From contig CAZXZO010000005.1 in NCBI GenBank assembly GCA_964645485.1, positions 1,281 to 65,280 of the forward strand: a stretch of DNA of 64,000 nt, read 5' to 3'. The notes under the pieces were generated by a model. That model saw nothing but the letters and a program-made list of their open reading frames with translations, made no database searches and was not told where the DNA came from. Below are positions 26,932 to 36,951 of this stretch, one piece after another. The translations under genes were made by a program, and so were the position numbers. Position 1 is the stretch's first letter. Each line of letters starts with the position of its first letter. The stretch is from an uncultured Candidatus Poseidoniales archaeon. GTDB taxonomy: Archaea; Thermoplasmatota; Poseidoniia; Poseidoniales; Thalassarchaeaceae.

Positions 26932-28140
26932 ATGACGGGGCATAAAGTGGATGTTCTGATAGTCGGAGCAGGACCAGTAGGTGGCTATTTGGCCAAAATT
27001 TTGGCGACTTCCGGACTTTCGACTCTTCTTCTTGAGGAGCATAAGGAAGTTGGGCGGCCTTTCCAATGTGCTGGATTAGTGAATCCTGACGCGATGGAAA
27101 AAGTCAGTCTTGAATCAACCATTCTAACTTCTGTTTGGGGGGCGAGAATACACAGTCCAAAAGGCACCTGCGTTGAAGTAGGAGAAGAAGGGAAAGTAAG
27201 AACTCACGTGGTTTGCAGAAAATTATTCGATGAAGGTGTTGTATCTCAAGCCTTAGAGAAGGGTGCTGATTTATGGCTCGACTCACGCCCTATATCTGCT
27301 GAAGTTCGAGCAAATGATGTTGTCGTCAAAGTTGATAGATCAGGCCAAGAAATTGAAGTTGAGGCAGCACTTCTGTGTGGCGCCGATGGCGCTCATTCCT
27401 GGGTTCGCCGTCATTTCAAAATGGGGAGGCCTTCTGAATTCATGATAGGTTTTCAAGCCGAGTTGATGGGTTATTCTGGGGCGAATGGTCGACTCGACAT
27501 GTACACTGGTGAAAAGGTTGCTCCGGGACTTTTTGCATGGGCGATTCCTAGTGGAAGAAGTTGGAGAATTGGCGTTTGGTCTAAGACTAATGACTTGAAG
27601 GGGAGAAGTTGTGAGCAACTTTACGAGACACTTCTAAACCATCCAATATGGAAGGAGAGATTTTCTGGCGCTAAAGAAGTTGCAAGATATTGTGGCCCAC
27701 TACCATGCGGAATAGTAAAGAATCCTGTAAAAGAAAGAGTTGCTCTTTTCGGTGATGCAGTTGGCCTGTGTAAACCAACCACAGGTGGCGGGATTGGAAA
27801 AGGATTCCAACAAATTGATGAGATGGCTGACGAACTTATCAAAGCAATACAAACCAATCGTCTTTCACTTTCTGAGATGAAGCGAATTGCGAAGCCGCTC
27901 AAAGCAATGAAAAAAGACCAGAAGAGGGCAAGAATCTTACGCGATTTATTTCTCACAGATTGTGATGATGAAAAATTGGAGAAAACGTTCAAAACATTTG
28001 CGAAACCAAACGTAGTCGAACTAATTAACCAAAATGGTGACATTGAAAAACCGGTAAAACTTGGTATCAAGATGTTGAAGGAAGTGCCAGAGTTTAGAAG
28101 CATGGCTGCTGGAGCAACTTGGGCATTATTGAAGGGGTGA
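26932..28140 (+). CDS. Geranylgeranyl reductase family flavoprotein (archaeal lipid DGGR-like)
   Basis: Motifs GAGPVG, PFQCAG, GADGAHS, APGLFAW.IP and GDAVGLCKPTTGGGI. Confidence 0.9.
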   Translation: MTGHKVDVLIVGAGPVGGYLAKILATSGLSTLLLEEHKEVGRPFQCAGLVNPDAMEKVSLESTILTSVWGARIHSPKGTCVEVGEEGKVRTHVVCRKLFDEGVVSQALEKGADLWLDSRPISAEVRANDVVVKVDRSGQEIEVEAALLCGADGAHSWVRRHFKMGRPSEFMIGFQAELMGYSGANGRLDMYTGEKVAPGLFAWAIPSGRSWRIGVWSKTNDLKGRSCEQLYETLLNHPIWKERFSGAKEVARYCGPLPCGIVKNPVKERVALFGDAVGLCKPTTGGGIGKGFQQIDEMADELIKAIQTNRLSLSEMKRIAKPLKAMKKDQKRARILRDLFLTDCDDEKLEKTFKTFAKPNVVELINQNGDIEKPVKLGIKMLKEVPEFRSMAAGATWALLKG

Positions 28141-29234
28141 ATATATTGCCAAAATGGACAAAGTTGAGAATGAGATTCCCTCCATTTGATGCGCCATCAC
28201 ACATCCCAGATGAGATGTATCAGACAGATATTTGCTGGCAGCAAAGTGAAGACGGGGTTGAGGAATTATCTTTGGGGTCGACTGCAGGATGGTTCATTCA
28301 CAGAACAATTAGTTCTGACCAACCTAAATCCTCGAAAGTTATTTCTGAATTTGATTCAAAATCCGAAACGGAGGCTCTGCTTTCATCCCGTGTAGGTTGG
28401 GGGTTATCCCCCCACCCATTCCATTCTATAGCAAGAAAATGGATACCTTATGGGGTTATAACATTAATTTTTGCAATTGTGATGCACGTGTTAGAACCTG
28501 TGCTCTTGGGTGCTGGATTAATTTCAGAAAGGTTTGCAGGCAGTATCAACCTCGGCCTTCTGGATTATCCAATTTTATTCGTTATGGCAGCACCTTTTGT
28601 TGTAATTCCGATAGTTCTCAGAGTATTGGGTAATGTCGCTGATATCAGAAACCAGCACATGTTCAAAAAAAATTTACCACCTGCGCCAAAAATCGAGGTC
28701 AGCAATTCGCTAACGGATGGCCCGATAATGGTTAAAGTGACAATTCCTGAAAAATTTAAAAACCGTCAATTGAAGGGCTTTGTTAGGGTTGGATTGTTAC
28801 CTCCACATCGTGATGCGATGATGACTGCACTTACTGGAGAGGACTTTGATTATCCTCCTGTAGGTCTATCCACTCCTCTTCCTATTGGCTGGATGAAGCG
28901 CGCTGATGATGGGTCTGGAATTGGTGAATCTACACCAATGCTGATTGGTAGAGGGTCTAGTAGCCTTTTTATCGAACCAATGAGAATCCAAGTAAGGGGA
29001 GGAATACAATCTATCTCTTCTGATGAAGAAGTTGAATTAGAGACTCCAGAAGGACCTTGGCCACCAAGTGAATATGGGCCATTTGTTAACATTAATTGGG
29101 AATTAGTCCTCGAATTCCATAGAAGTGGCAAACGGCCACTTTACTGGATAGAGAGACTCAACGTAGAATCCTCAGCGACTTTGCACAGCGTTCCACACCT
29201 AATTGCACATGGTGGGCGCTTGGAATCAACATGA
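28119..29234 (+). CDS. Hypothetical membrane protein (two TM helices, Pro-rich soluble C-terminal domain)
   Basis: Long ORF co-oriented with its neighbours, with two hydrophobic segments. Start is uncertain. Confidence 0.65.
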   Translation: MGIIEGVNILPKWTKLRMRFPPFDAPSHIPDEMYQTDICWQQSEDGVEELSLGSTAGWFIHRTISSDQPKSSKVISEFDSKSETEALLSSRVGWGLSPHPFHSIARKWIPYGVITLIFAIVMHVLEPVLLGAGLISERFAGSINLGLLDYPILFVMAAPFVVIPIVLRVLGNVADIRNQHMFKKNLPPAPKIEVSNSLTDGPIMVKVTIPEKFKNRQLKGFVRVGLLPPHRDAMMTALTGEDFDYPPVGLSTPLPIGWMKRADDGSGIGESTPMLIGRGSSSLFIEPMRIQVRGGIQSISSDEEVELETPEGPWPPSEYGPFVNINWELVLEFHRSGKRPLYWIERLNVESSATLHSVPHLIAHGGRLEST

Positions 29235-29289
29235 TTTACAGTTCACTGTTATTGCCAACGTATTTGACTTGCCACGCGCTCGGTAAAGC

Positions 29290-32200
29290 GTGAATAGAAA
29301 GGCTGTACTCTCATCAATGTTGATTTTCGTCTTACTTTTTTCAGGGTGCTTAGGTTTCCTTAGTGATGACACCGGTGATGTTGTCACAATAGATGAAGAT
29401 CCCCTGATTAGTGCTAATGAAGTCGATGATATCAACTATGGCGGCTCTGTGTTCGTGAGTGGGACTGTTACTGATGAATTGCCGACCGAAGCACGAGTAA
29501 CAATTGCATTCTCAATACCTTGGGGAACAATTTACGAAACGCCTGATGAAGATGGCAATTGGCAATATAGCTTAGGTGGGCTTGAGCCTGGTGACTACAA
29601 TGTGACATTTACAGTGGTTGATGATTCCGACCAATCTTCTGATACTATCACCAAGAGTTTTACCGTGCATCCACCAATAGAACAAGATGTTTTGATGGTT
29701 GTTTGGAGGTCTGATATTCGTTACGAAATTGGTGAAGAAACTTCAGTTACGGGCCAATTAACCCATTCTACACTTTCTTCGTGTACAATCTCATATTCTC
29801 TCATTTCTGAGGTGGGGGGTAATTCACCAGTTCATCAACCAATGGAAGTACCAATTAATTTTGACACTTCAAGTGGTATGTTTTCAATTTCCCTAGGTAT
29901 TCTCAATGGAACTAGTAATGGTACTGTTAGGGCAAGTTGTGGGCAATATACTACTTCCGAAGATAGTGTTTTAGTTTCTTTTCAGCCTCTAGAACAACCT
30001 ATATCCGATCTTGATGGAGATGGTATAGCGGATGAATTTGATGACTGCGAGGACGGTGAATCATTCTCATCTTCTTTGACTACAGACTATGATTCTGATG
30101 GCTGTTATGACCTTACTGAGGACCTTGATGACGATAATGACGGAATAGGTGATACAATTGATAATTGCCAAAAGGGAATTCTTGGCTGGATATCTACTCC
30201 AGCAGTTGACAAAGATAGTGACGGCTGTAGAGATGTGGATGAAGATGATGATGACGATGGGGATACAATCCTAGATGCTGAAGATTCTTGTTTAGATTCA
30301 CCTTATGGATGGATATCCAACTTTGTTTCGGATTATGATCGAGATGGGTGCCGTGATTCAGGTGCCGACATAGATGATGATAATGATGGGATTGCAGATT
30401 CAGTTGATGATTGCCCAACCGGAGTCATTGGATGGCTGCCAGACGCTCAAAATGACCAAGATTCAGATGGCTGTAGAGATGCTGATGAAGATGATGATGA
30501 TGACAATGATTCTGTTTTCGACAATAATGATTCCTGCCCAAATACACTGGCAAATTATTCTGTAAATGAGTTCGGCTGTGCTGCATACGAGTGGGATGAA
30601 GACAGTGACGGCGTAATGGACGATACTGACGCTTGTCAAGGTACTCCAATTGGATTAGTAGTTAATGAACAAGGATGTGCTGACTTAGATGGGGATGGGG
30701 TGTTTGCAAATATTGACCAATGTGCTGATTCACCTGCAAGATGGTCTGTTGATAGCATGGGCTGTGCAGTCATTCAAAATCCGGTTGCTTGGCATTCCGG
30801 ACCTTATTCATCTGAGCGTTTTGGCAAAGCGGCTGACTTCAATTTCGCAACAAAGTATGATGGCAATTGGCAACTTTCAAACCAATGGGATGGCAATAGC
30901 ACTTACATCTTCATTTTCTTACAGAGTTCAAGTTCCTACATGAATGGTCTTTGGGGACAGAGTGTTGGCACTTTATTAGATGGGCTTCCTAAAGATTCTC
31001 ACATTTTCTTTGGATCTTATGATAGCGATTGGCAATCGGATGTTGACACCATGGCAAGTAGAGTAAGTTCTTACAGAAATAGTCAGAGTGATGAGGGTAA
31101 AATTTGGGTCGATGACAACGTGCACTTCGTTTATCAGCAGGCTGGTTCAATTGGAGGAGGTCTTGGAAGTGTTATTTCATCCTGGAGCCAGTTTTACTAT
31201 GGCATTGATAGATTTCAACAATGGCGGGAGGTTGGTTCACTATACAATTGGGCGAAGACATGGTCTTCCGACCCTGACTACAGATTTGATTACCTAGCAA
31301 AAGAACCACAGATGTGGAACGCAGAGTTCCCTGTAGAGATGCGAAAGCATGACCCAGCAATCACCGTGGTAGATTTGTGGGACGCTCAAAGGCACACAGG
31401 TGGATGGCAGGGTGGTCACAAATCATTTGCCAATGGCACATTCCCGAATGCAACCACCATGTTAACATTCAACACAATGGAAGTTTACATGCATCATGGT
31501 TGTAGTGAAAAACGGGACCGATATCAGAAGGGAGATGGAACTTGGGGTGGCTGCCATGAGTGGGATTATGACCAGCGACTGAATATTTGTCAAGAATTTG
31601 GCAACCATTCAACTTGTGGAGATGAATTTGTTAGATATATCACAACTTATGGTAGGGAAGGGAGGTGGCTGACAGATATCAGTCCATACCTCTTCATGCT
31701 CAAAGATGGTGGGCCAAAAGAATTCCGTTATGGTGGAGCAAATGGTGGTTGGCTCAATATCTCTGTTTATCTATCGACTTGGGATGATGATGGAATGCGG
31801 CCAACTTCAGCAGAGTATGCTTTCAGCGGTGGTTCATTCCGTGGCCAATATAACAACGAATCCCTCTACAAGAGAGTTCATGATTTAACGATACCAAACG
31901 GTACTGACAAGGTGGTAATTTCATCAGTTGTGACTGGTCACGGTTTTGGCAAAGATGATGCAAATTGTGCCGAGTTTTGTAACCACGAACATCGTTTCTT
32001 TATGAATGGGCATGTGACTCAAGAAGATTTCCCGATGGCTGGAAATGGAACAGTTGCTAGCGACCGCGAAGGTTGTGCTAAAGAGACAGATATGGGGACC
32101 GTTGCCAATCAAAAAGGCTCGTGGCCGTACGGTCGTGCGGGATGGTGTGCTGGGCAAGACACAAAACCCTGGGTTTGGGATATTACCAATTGGGTAGACT

Positions 32201-32469
32201 GGTCTGGTGGCCCGAATTCGTTACGTTATCAGGGATTATATAATGGCGTAAACTATGTTCCACAGAACGAACAAAGTGGCGCTAATCAAGACATCAGAGT
32301 TGTCTCATATGTGATTTATTACACCAATATCAGTGCAGGTAATTCCAGTGTACAAATGGATAATGCACCGCCTTCTCAACCATTGAATGAGGGTCAAACA
32401 AATACTGTTCAATCTTTAGAGATTGAAGCATGGATGAGAGATAAAGAATGGGCGACCATCGAGGAATAA
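29290..32469 (+). CDS. Lipoprotein with Ig-like domain, thrombospondin type-3 Ca-binding repeats and C-terminal peptide-N-glycosidase F-like domain
   Basis: Lipobox LLFSGC and repeated D.D.DGC.D..ED.DDDND / D.CP motifs. PNGase F-like EWD, EFVRYIT.Y, GHG..CAEFC and RAGWC.G. Confidence 0.85.
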   Translation: MNRKAVLSSMLIFVLLFSGCLGFLSDDTGDVVTIDEDPLISANEVDDINYGGSVFVSGTVTDELPTEARVTIAFSIPWGTIYETPDEDGNWQYSLGGLEPGDYNVTFTVVDDSDQSSDTITKSFTVHPPIEQDVLMVVWRSDIRYEIGEETSVTGQLTHSTLSSCTISYSLISEVGGNSPVHQPMEVPINFDTSSGMFSISLGILNGTSNGTVRASCGQYTTSEDSVLVSFQPLEQPISDLDGDGIADEFDDCEDGESFSSSLTTDYDSDGCYDLTEDLDDDNDGIGDTIDNCQKGILGWISTPAVDKDSDGCRDVDEDDDDDGDTILDAEDSCLDSPYGWISNFVSDYDRDGCRDSGADIDDDNDGIADSVDDCPTGVIGWLPDAQNDQDSDGCRDADEDDDDDNDSVFDNNDSCPNTLANYSVNEFGCAAYEWDEDSDGVMDDTDACQGTPIGLVVNEQGCADLDGDGVFANIDQCADSPARWSVDSMGCAVIQNPVAWHSGPYSSERFGKAADFNFATKYDGNWQLSNQWDGNSTYIFIFLQSSSSYMNGLWGQSVGTLLDGLPKDSHIFFGSYDSDWQSDVDTMASRVSSYRNSQSDEGKIWVDDNVHFVYQQAGSIGGGLGSVISSWSQFYYGIDRFQQWREVGSLYNWAKTWSSDPDYRFDYLAKEPQMWNAEFPVEMRKHDPAITVVDLWDAQRHTGGWQGGHKSFANGTFPNATTMLTFNTMEVYMHHGCSEKRDRYQKGDGTWGGCHEWDYDQRLNICQEFGNHSTCGDEFVRYITTYGREGRWLTDISPYLFMLKDGGPKEFRYGGANGGWLNISVYLSTWDDDGMRPTSAEYAFSGGSFRGQYNNESLYKRVHDLTIPNGTDKVVISSVVTGHGFGKDDANCAEFCNHEHRFFMNGHVTQEDFPMAGNGTVASDREGCAKETDMGTVANQKGSWPYGRAGWCAGQDTKPWVWDITNWVDWSGGPNSLRYQGLYNGVNYVPQNEQSGANQDIRVVSYVIYYTNISAGNSSVQMDNAPPSQPLNEGQTNTVQSLEIEAWMRDKEWATIEE

Positions 32470-32615
32470 TCGCCTAAGTCAAATCACTACAGAGTATAAT
32501 CGCCTAAGTCCAATCACTACAGAGTATAATCGCCTAAGTCAAATTACTCCAGAGGAAAACCGCACACCTTCAATCACTGCAGAGGAAAATCGCCTAAGTT
32601 CAATCACTGCAGAGG
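32461..32615. repeat. Five tandem 30-bp units between two convergent genes
   Basis: Unit ATAATCGCCTAAGTCMAATCACTACAGAGT at 32466, 32496, 32526, 32556 and 32586. The end units overlap the stop codons of both flanking genes. Confidence 0.95.
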
Positions 32616-33767
32616 TGGAGGAGTTGGTAATGATTGAGCATCTTTCACAAGATTTGGGGTTTTTAGTAAATTGTAATCAGAGTCTCTTCTAACTGCTTTG
32701 AACCCGGCTCTGCATATTGCTTGCTGTAACTCTTCTTCTGTACACAGAACCTTTGTGGTGCCTGCAGCAGACACCACGTTCTCTTCCATCATTGTTGAAC
32801 CTATATCATCAGCGCCGCCAAACAGTGCTAACTGGGCTACATCCATTCCCATGGTCAACCAAGAGGCTTGAATGTGGTTGATGTTGTCAAAAAATAATCG
32901 AGAAACAGCAACATGGCGGAGATATTCTGCAGGTCCGACTTTTGGATTTCGCCGGCCTCTTTTACTTCGGCCAAATGCATTATTCTCTAATTGTACTGTC
33001 CATGCTATGAATGCAGTGAAACCGATGTTTCCCTGAGAGTTCGATTGGTCTTGTAATTGACGGACTTTTTCCATGTGGCCAACGCGGTGGGCGATTGTTT
33101 CACCAAATCCAATGACATTAGTAGCAGTAGTAGTAAGTCCAATAGAATGAGCTTCTCCCATTACCTTTAGCCAATTTTCCCCACTGCCCTTCAAAGGTGA
33201 AACACCTAGTCTCACATCATCAACTAACATCTCAGCGCCACCTCCTGGTAAGCCATGCATTCCTGCTTCCTTGAATCGTTGCAGGACATCTAAGGTACTC
33301 ATTTCGCAAACCTCAGCGATCCCTTCAATCTCAATTGGTGAGAAACAGTCTAAGTCAATTGAAGGATGTTCTTCTCGTAAGTAGCCCAGTAAATTTTCAT
33401 ACCATTCAATTGGTAGACTTGGGTCAACCCCTCCTTGCATCAAAATTCTGGAGCCTTCAATCGCTTCAAGTTCCCTAACACGGGCACTAATCTGCTCTGT
33501 GGATTGAAGATAGGCTTCCTCATGGCCTGGTGCTCTATAGAAGGAACAGAATTGGCAATTGATAGTACAAGCGTTTCCATAATTGATATTTCGATCTATT
33601 AGATAAGTCACTTCGCTTGGTGGGTTTTTTTCCCGTCTCTTCTCTAGTGCTGCTTGGCGTAAAGCATTGAAATCTGCTTCTTCGTAGAGAATGATTGCAT
33701 CTTCAACAGATAATCGAGGAGCATCACCTTCAGTCTGTTGTTTGAGAATATCCATCCAAGTATTCAT
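32604..33767 (-). CDS. mqnC: Radical SAM enzyme, MqnC-like cyclic dehypoxanthine futalosine synthase (CofH/MqnC family)
   Basis: DRNINY..CTINCQFCSFYR (CxxxCxxC), LMQGG, LPGGGAE, FTAFIAW, IQASW, GADDIGSTMMEENVVSAAG. Confidence 0.8.
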   Translation of the reverse strand: MNTWMDILKQQTEGDAPRLSVEDAIILYEEADFNALRQAALEKRREKNPPSEVTYLIDRNINYGNACTINCQFCSFYRAPGHEEAYLQSTEQISARVRELEAIEGSRILMQGGVDPSLPIEWYENLLGYLREEHPSIDLDCFSPIEIEGIAEVCEMSTLDVLQRFKEAGMHGLPGGGAEMLVDDVRLGVSPLKGSGENWLKVMGEAHSIGLTTTATNVIGFGETIAHRVGHMEKVRQLQDQSNSQGNIGFTAFIAWTVQLENNAFGRSKRGRRNPKVGPAEYLRHVAVSRLFFDNINHIQASWLTMGMDVAQLALFGGADDIGSTMMEENVVSAAGTTKVLCTEEELQQAICRAGFKAVRRDSDYNLLKTPNLVKDAQSLPTPPPLQ

Positions 33768-33805
33768 GATATCACCAATTTAGATTTTCAGCATCAATAA
33801 TTTAT

Positions 33806-35170
33806 TCACGATGATGTGCCAATTATTCTTTCTAATTCTTCGATTGTTTTTGGGCAATCCTTAGTGAGTACTTCGTGGCCATCTTTTGTAATCAGGACAT
33901 CATCTTCTATTCTAATTCCGATGCCAGACCATTTTTCATCAATCTCGATGTCTGGCCTCCATGCTCCGAAATATAATCCAGGTTCAATGGTGAGAACCAT
34001 TCCTTCTTCTAACAATCTGGGTTCATTTTCAGGTGCATAAACACCTACGTCATGCACATCTAAACCAAGCCAATGGCTTGTGCGATGCATAAAGTAAGTA
34101 CCTAGTTGTTCAGCGGACATAGCGTCATCTATTGTAGGTCCTTCAACTATTCCTAAGTCAAGCAACCCTTGTGCCAAAACTCTCTTTGCAGCGTTGTGAG
34201 GCGCATCAAATGATTGACCCGGCTTACAAGCAGAAATTGCTGCTAATTCCGAATCCAACACGAGTTGGTAAAGAATTGCTTGAGGCTCGGTGAATTTTCC
34301 ATTAATTGGCCATGTTCTAGTAATGTCACTTGCATAGCCTGAGATTTCACAACCAGCGTCTATCAAAACCAAGTCACCATCCTGAACTGGTGAATCATTT
34401 TCTACATAGTGCAAAATTGTTGCATTGTCACCACCTCCTACAATGCTAGGGTACGACCATTGACTTCCATTATACTTGAAACACCCTTCAATGATAGATT
34501 GTAACTGGTACTCACTCATTCCCGCCGACCCATTCATCATTGCTTCAATATGAGCAGCAGATGCAATTTTACATGAATGTCGCATCAATTCAAGTTCACT
34601 TTCTGATTTGAATAACCTTAGTTCAGATACCAAGGGTCTTGGGTCACACAGGTTTGTAGGTCCTGAACCTGTGCGTTGCCTATTCCTGCTTGTTTCTAAC
34701 AATGATTTGTCTACAATTTCATCAACTGTTGACGATAATCCCCTTTGGTGGTATACATTTGTGCAGCCATTTAAGAGTGATGTTAATCCATTTTCGATAT
34801 CTTCTATTGAAATTGCCTCATCAATTGGAAATTGCTTCTTTGCTCCTTCGAGTCCTACTCGGATTCCAGTCCAAGTTTCTTTGATTACATCTCTAGGTGG
34901 AATAAACAGTACTGAATTGAATTCCCCCGCGCGATTAGAAAGGCAGAACACCGCATTTGGGCTATCCCAGCCTACAAAGTATAGCATATCTGATGAGGCT
35001 CTGTATGGGTATTCTACATCCGCACTACGGGTTGCCTCAGGGTTGTTTACGATTATCAAAAGAGAATCTTCATCACAGAGGTCTCCAATTTTGGCGTGGC
35101 GGGACCGCATCTCTTCTACACTTGTGGGGGGAGGCAAAGCAGAGAGGTCCAACCCGTGCCCATCAAACAT
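33806..35170 (-). CDS. pepP: Xaa-Pro aminopeptidase (M24B)
   Basis: Motifs YPYRASSD, LHY..N, LIDAGCE..YASDITRT, HRTSHWLGLDVHD, TIEPGLY and GIRIEDD. Confidence 0.95.
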   Translation of the reverse strand: MFDGHGLDLSALPPPTSVEEMRSRHAKIGDLCDEDSLLIIVNNPEATRSADVEYPYRASSDMLYFVGWDSPNAVFCLSNRAGEFNSVLFIPPRDVIKETWTGIRVGLEGAKKQFPIDEAISIEDIENGLTSLLNGCTNVYHQRGLSSTVDEIVDKSLLETSRNRQRTGSGPTNLCDPRPLVSELRLFKSESELELMRHSCKIASAAHIEAMMNGSAGMSEYQLQSIIEGCFKYNGSQWSYPSIVGGGDNATILHYVENDSPVQDGDLVLIDAGCEISGYASDITRTWPINGKFTEPQAILYQLVLDSELAAISACKPGQSFDAPHNAAKRVLAQGLLDLGIVEGPTIDDAMSAEQLGTYFMHRTSHWLGLDVHDVGVYAPENEPRLLEEGMVLTIEPGLYFGAWRPDIEIDEKWSGIGIRIEDDVLITKDGHEVLTKDCPKTIEELERIIGTSS

Positions 35171-35203
35171 AGTTTCCCGTCAAGCCCGACTCTTATTTAG
35201 CAT

Positions 35204-36865
35204 TCAGTCTAAATCGTCATTTTCAAATTGCTCACCAATATCATCCTCAGTCACATTTTCATTGGTTCGACGTTTTACCCACTTAGGTATATCTCCGCCT
35301 CTCTCACTCCTAGCAAATTTGAAAGTTAGATATGATAAAGTTACGAGAATCACCATGAAGATTCCCATCATATTTGTTTCTCCACCCACTGTTGATATCA
35401 TAGACTCGGTGAATGATTCAGGCTCCTTCCATAATGGGTCAGACTCTGTGCCTTCTATTCCTACAAAAACCTCGATGAAATCACTTTCTCCGTCATCATC
35501 AGTTACACTAAGAGTGATGAGATGTATCTTAGATTCATCTTTGATCCATTCCCGACGCATGATTTGTTCCCTCCCTAGAGAAACCGGGTCTCCATCTACA
35601 TACCAAACATAGTTCAAACCACCCAGGTCATTTTCAGTATCTGAACTCTCAGATGCGTCAATTGTCCAAAGTGATTCATCAGGTAATCTGATGGTTTCTT
35701 CGGTTGAAAATGTACTTCCTTCTATACTAGCTGCGGCAGTGGGTGGCAGATTGTTTACGATTAAACTTAAATTGGTACTATTAGATAATCCCGAAGTATC
35801 GGTTACTAGAACCATTACATCAAAATGCCCGGATTGATTAGCATACCAACTCCAACTCTTGTCGGTGCCAGCATCATGTACGAAGGGAGGACTGGTTTCA
35901 CCGTCCCGTCGCAAAATGAAGGTAAAACGTAACCCATCCTTACCCCAAACCGGGTCATCTGAATTACTTGCATCAAAAATCGCTAATTGAGACTCATTGA
36001 CTACAGATGTACCGCTGAGTGCAGCGATTGGTTGTTGATTATGCAGGGCTATGGCGGTACAAGATATTTCTGAAAAATTGCCAGCATTATCGCCAGCACG
36101 ACTGACGAACAACCACCATCCATCTTCATATTCTGAACTTTGAATTTGAAAGTTGAACACGTCGGTTCCAGAATATGTAACTCCATCAGTTCTCCAGTTT
36201 TCAACCGTCAAGAAGTCAGATAAGATCCCGCGCACACAGAAATGATTTGCTTGATTGGATTGAATTGCTGACCATTCAAGTGTTGGTTGATATCCAATTT
36301 CACTTACCGCAACCCCGCTAATATTTAGGTCACCTCTCCAGTTTATTCCCATCTCAGGAGAAGTAATCATCAAGTTTGGTGGTAAGCCATTTTCATCAGG
36401 ATTTATGAATAATAGAAGGTGAACTTGGGAAACTTGTTGTTGAACATCAATTACTACTGCAGTTAGCCTACACGAGCAGGCAGGCAAATTACTTGAGTTA
36501 ATGACAATTGAAAATGACCATGAATTTGTAGTGGGGTCTTGCCAAGACTCATTTTCAATTAATGTGCTAATTGCTGAATCTTGGGAAAGAATTTCTCCTG
36601 AATTCTCCAACTGCCAATACAATTCAGAAGGAAAAGCATCATCCCAAATTGTCCCGGTGATTGTAAAATTTTCAGTAAATGTATTCCCATTGCTACTTTG
36701 GAGTATCAAAGTTGGTTGTTGATTACTGACGGAGTAGTTTGGCACAACCACGGGCGGCATCCGCTCTTGATTTTTGACACAACCCAATAGGGAACAAGCC
36801 AACAAGATTGATATTAGTGCAAGAGCAGCACTCCAACCTCTTGCTTGCATCAACTTGAGATGCAC
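35204..36865 (-). CDS. Lipoprotein with Ig-like/PKD domains and a C-terminal TM helix
   Basis: Lipobox LLGC, two PKD-like units (P.A..FDAS.S.D..Y.W..V.VTD..G) and a hydrophobic helix near the C-terminus. Confidence 0.75.
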   Translation of the reverse strand: MHLKLMQARGWSAALALISILLACSLLGCVKNQERMPPVVVPNYSVSNQQPTLILQSSNGNTFTENFTITGTIWDDAFPSELYWQLENSGEILSQDSAISTLIENESWQDPTTNSWSFSIVINSSNLPACSCRLTAVVIDVQQQVSQVHLLLFINPDENGLPPNLMITSPEMGINWRGDLNISGVAVSEIGYQPTLEWSAIQSNQANHFCVRGILSDFLTVENWRTDGVTYSGTDVFNFQIQSSEYEDGWWLFVSRAGDNAGNFSEISCTAIALHNQQPIAALSGTSVVNESQLAIFDASNSDDPVWGKDGLRFTFILRRDGETSPPFVHDAGTDKSWSWYANQSGHFDVMVLVTDTSGLSNSTNLSLIVNNLPPTAAASIEGSTFSTEETIRLPDESLWTIDASESSDTENDLGGLNYVWYVDGDPVSLGREQIMRREWIKDESKIHLITLSVTDDDGESDFIEVFVGIEGTESDPLWKEPESFTESMISTVGGETNMMGIFMVILVTLSYLTFKFARSERGGDIPKWVKRRTNENVTEDDIGEQFENDDLD

Positions 36866-36951
36866 TGACTTATGCTATCAAATGTGACACAATTTGTTCG
36901 CGATTTGTGCTGTTCGAGACGCCTTGAGAACCACCCGAGGGAGGTTTTTCA

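Noticed and set aside
32604-33767. CofH (F420 biosynthesis) assignment
   Set aside because: Same family, but the motifs (INY..C..FYR, FIAW, TMMEENVVSAAG) fit MqnC better and no cofG is adjacent. Some uncertainty remains.
34608-35612. 334-aa + strand ORF
   Set aside because: Antisense shadow of pepP and the PKD lipoprotein; Ser-rich with no recognisable motifs.
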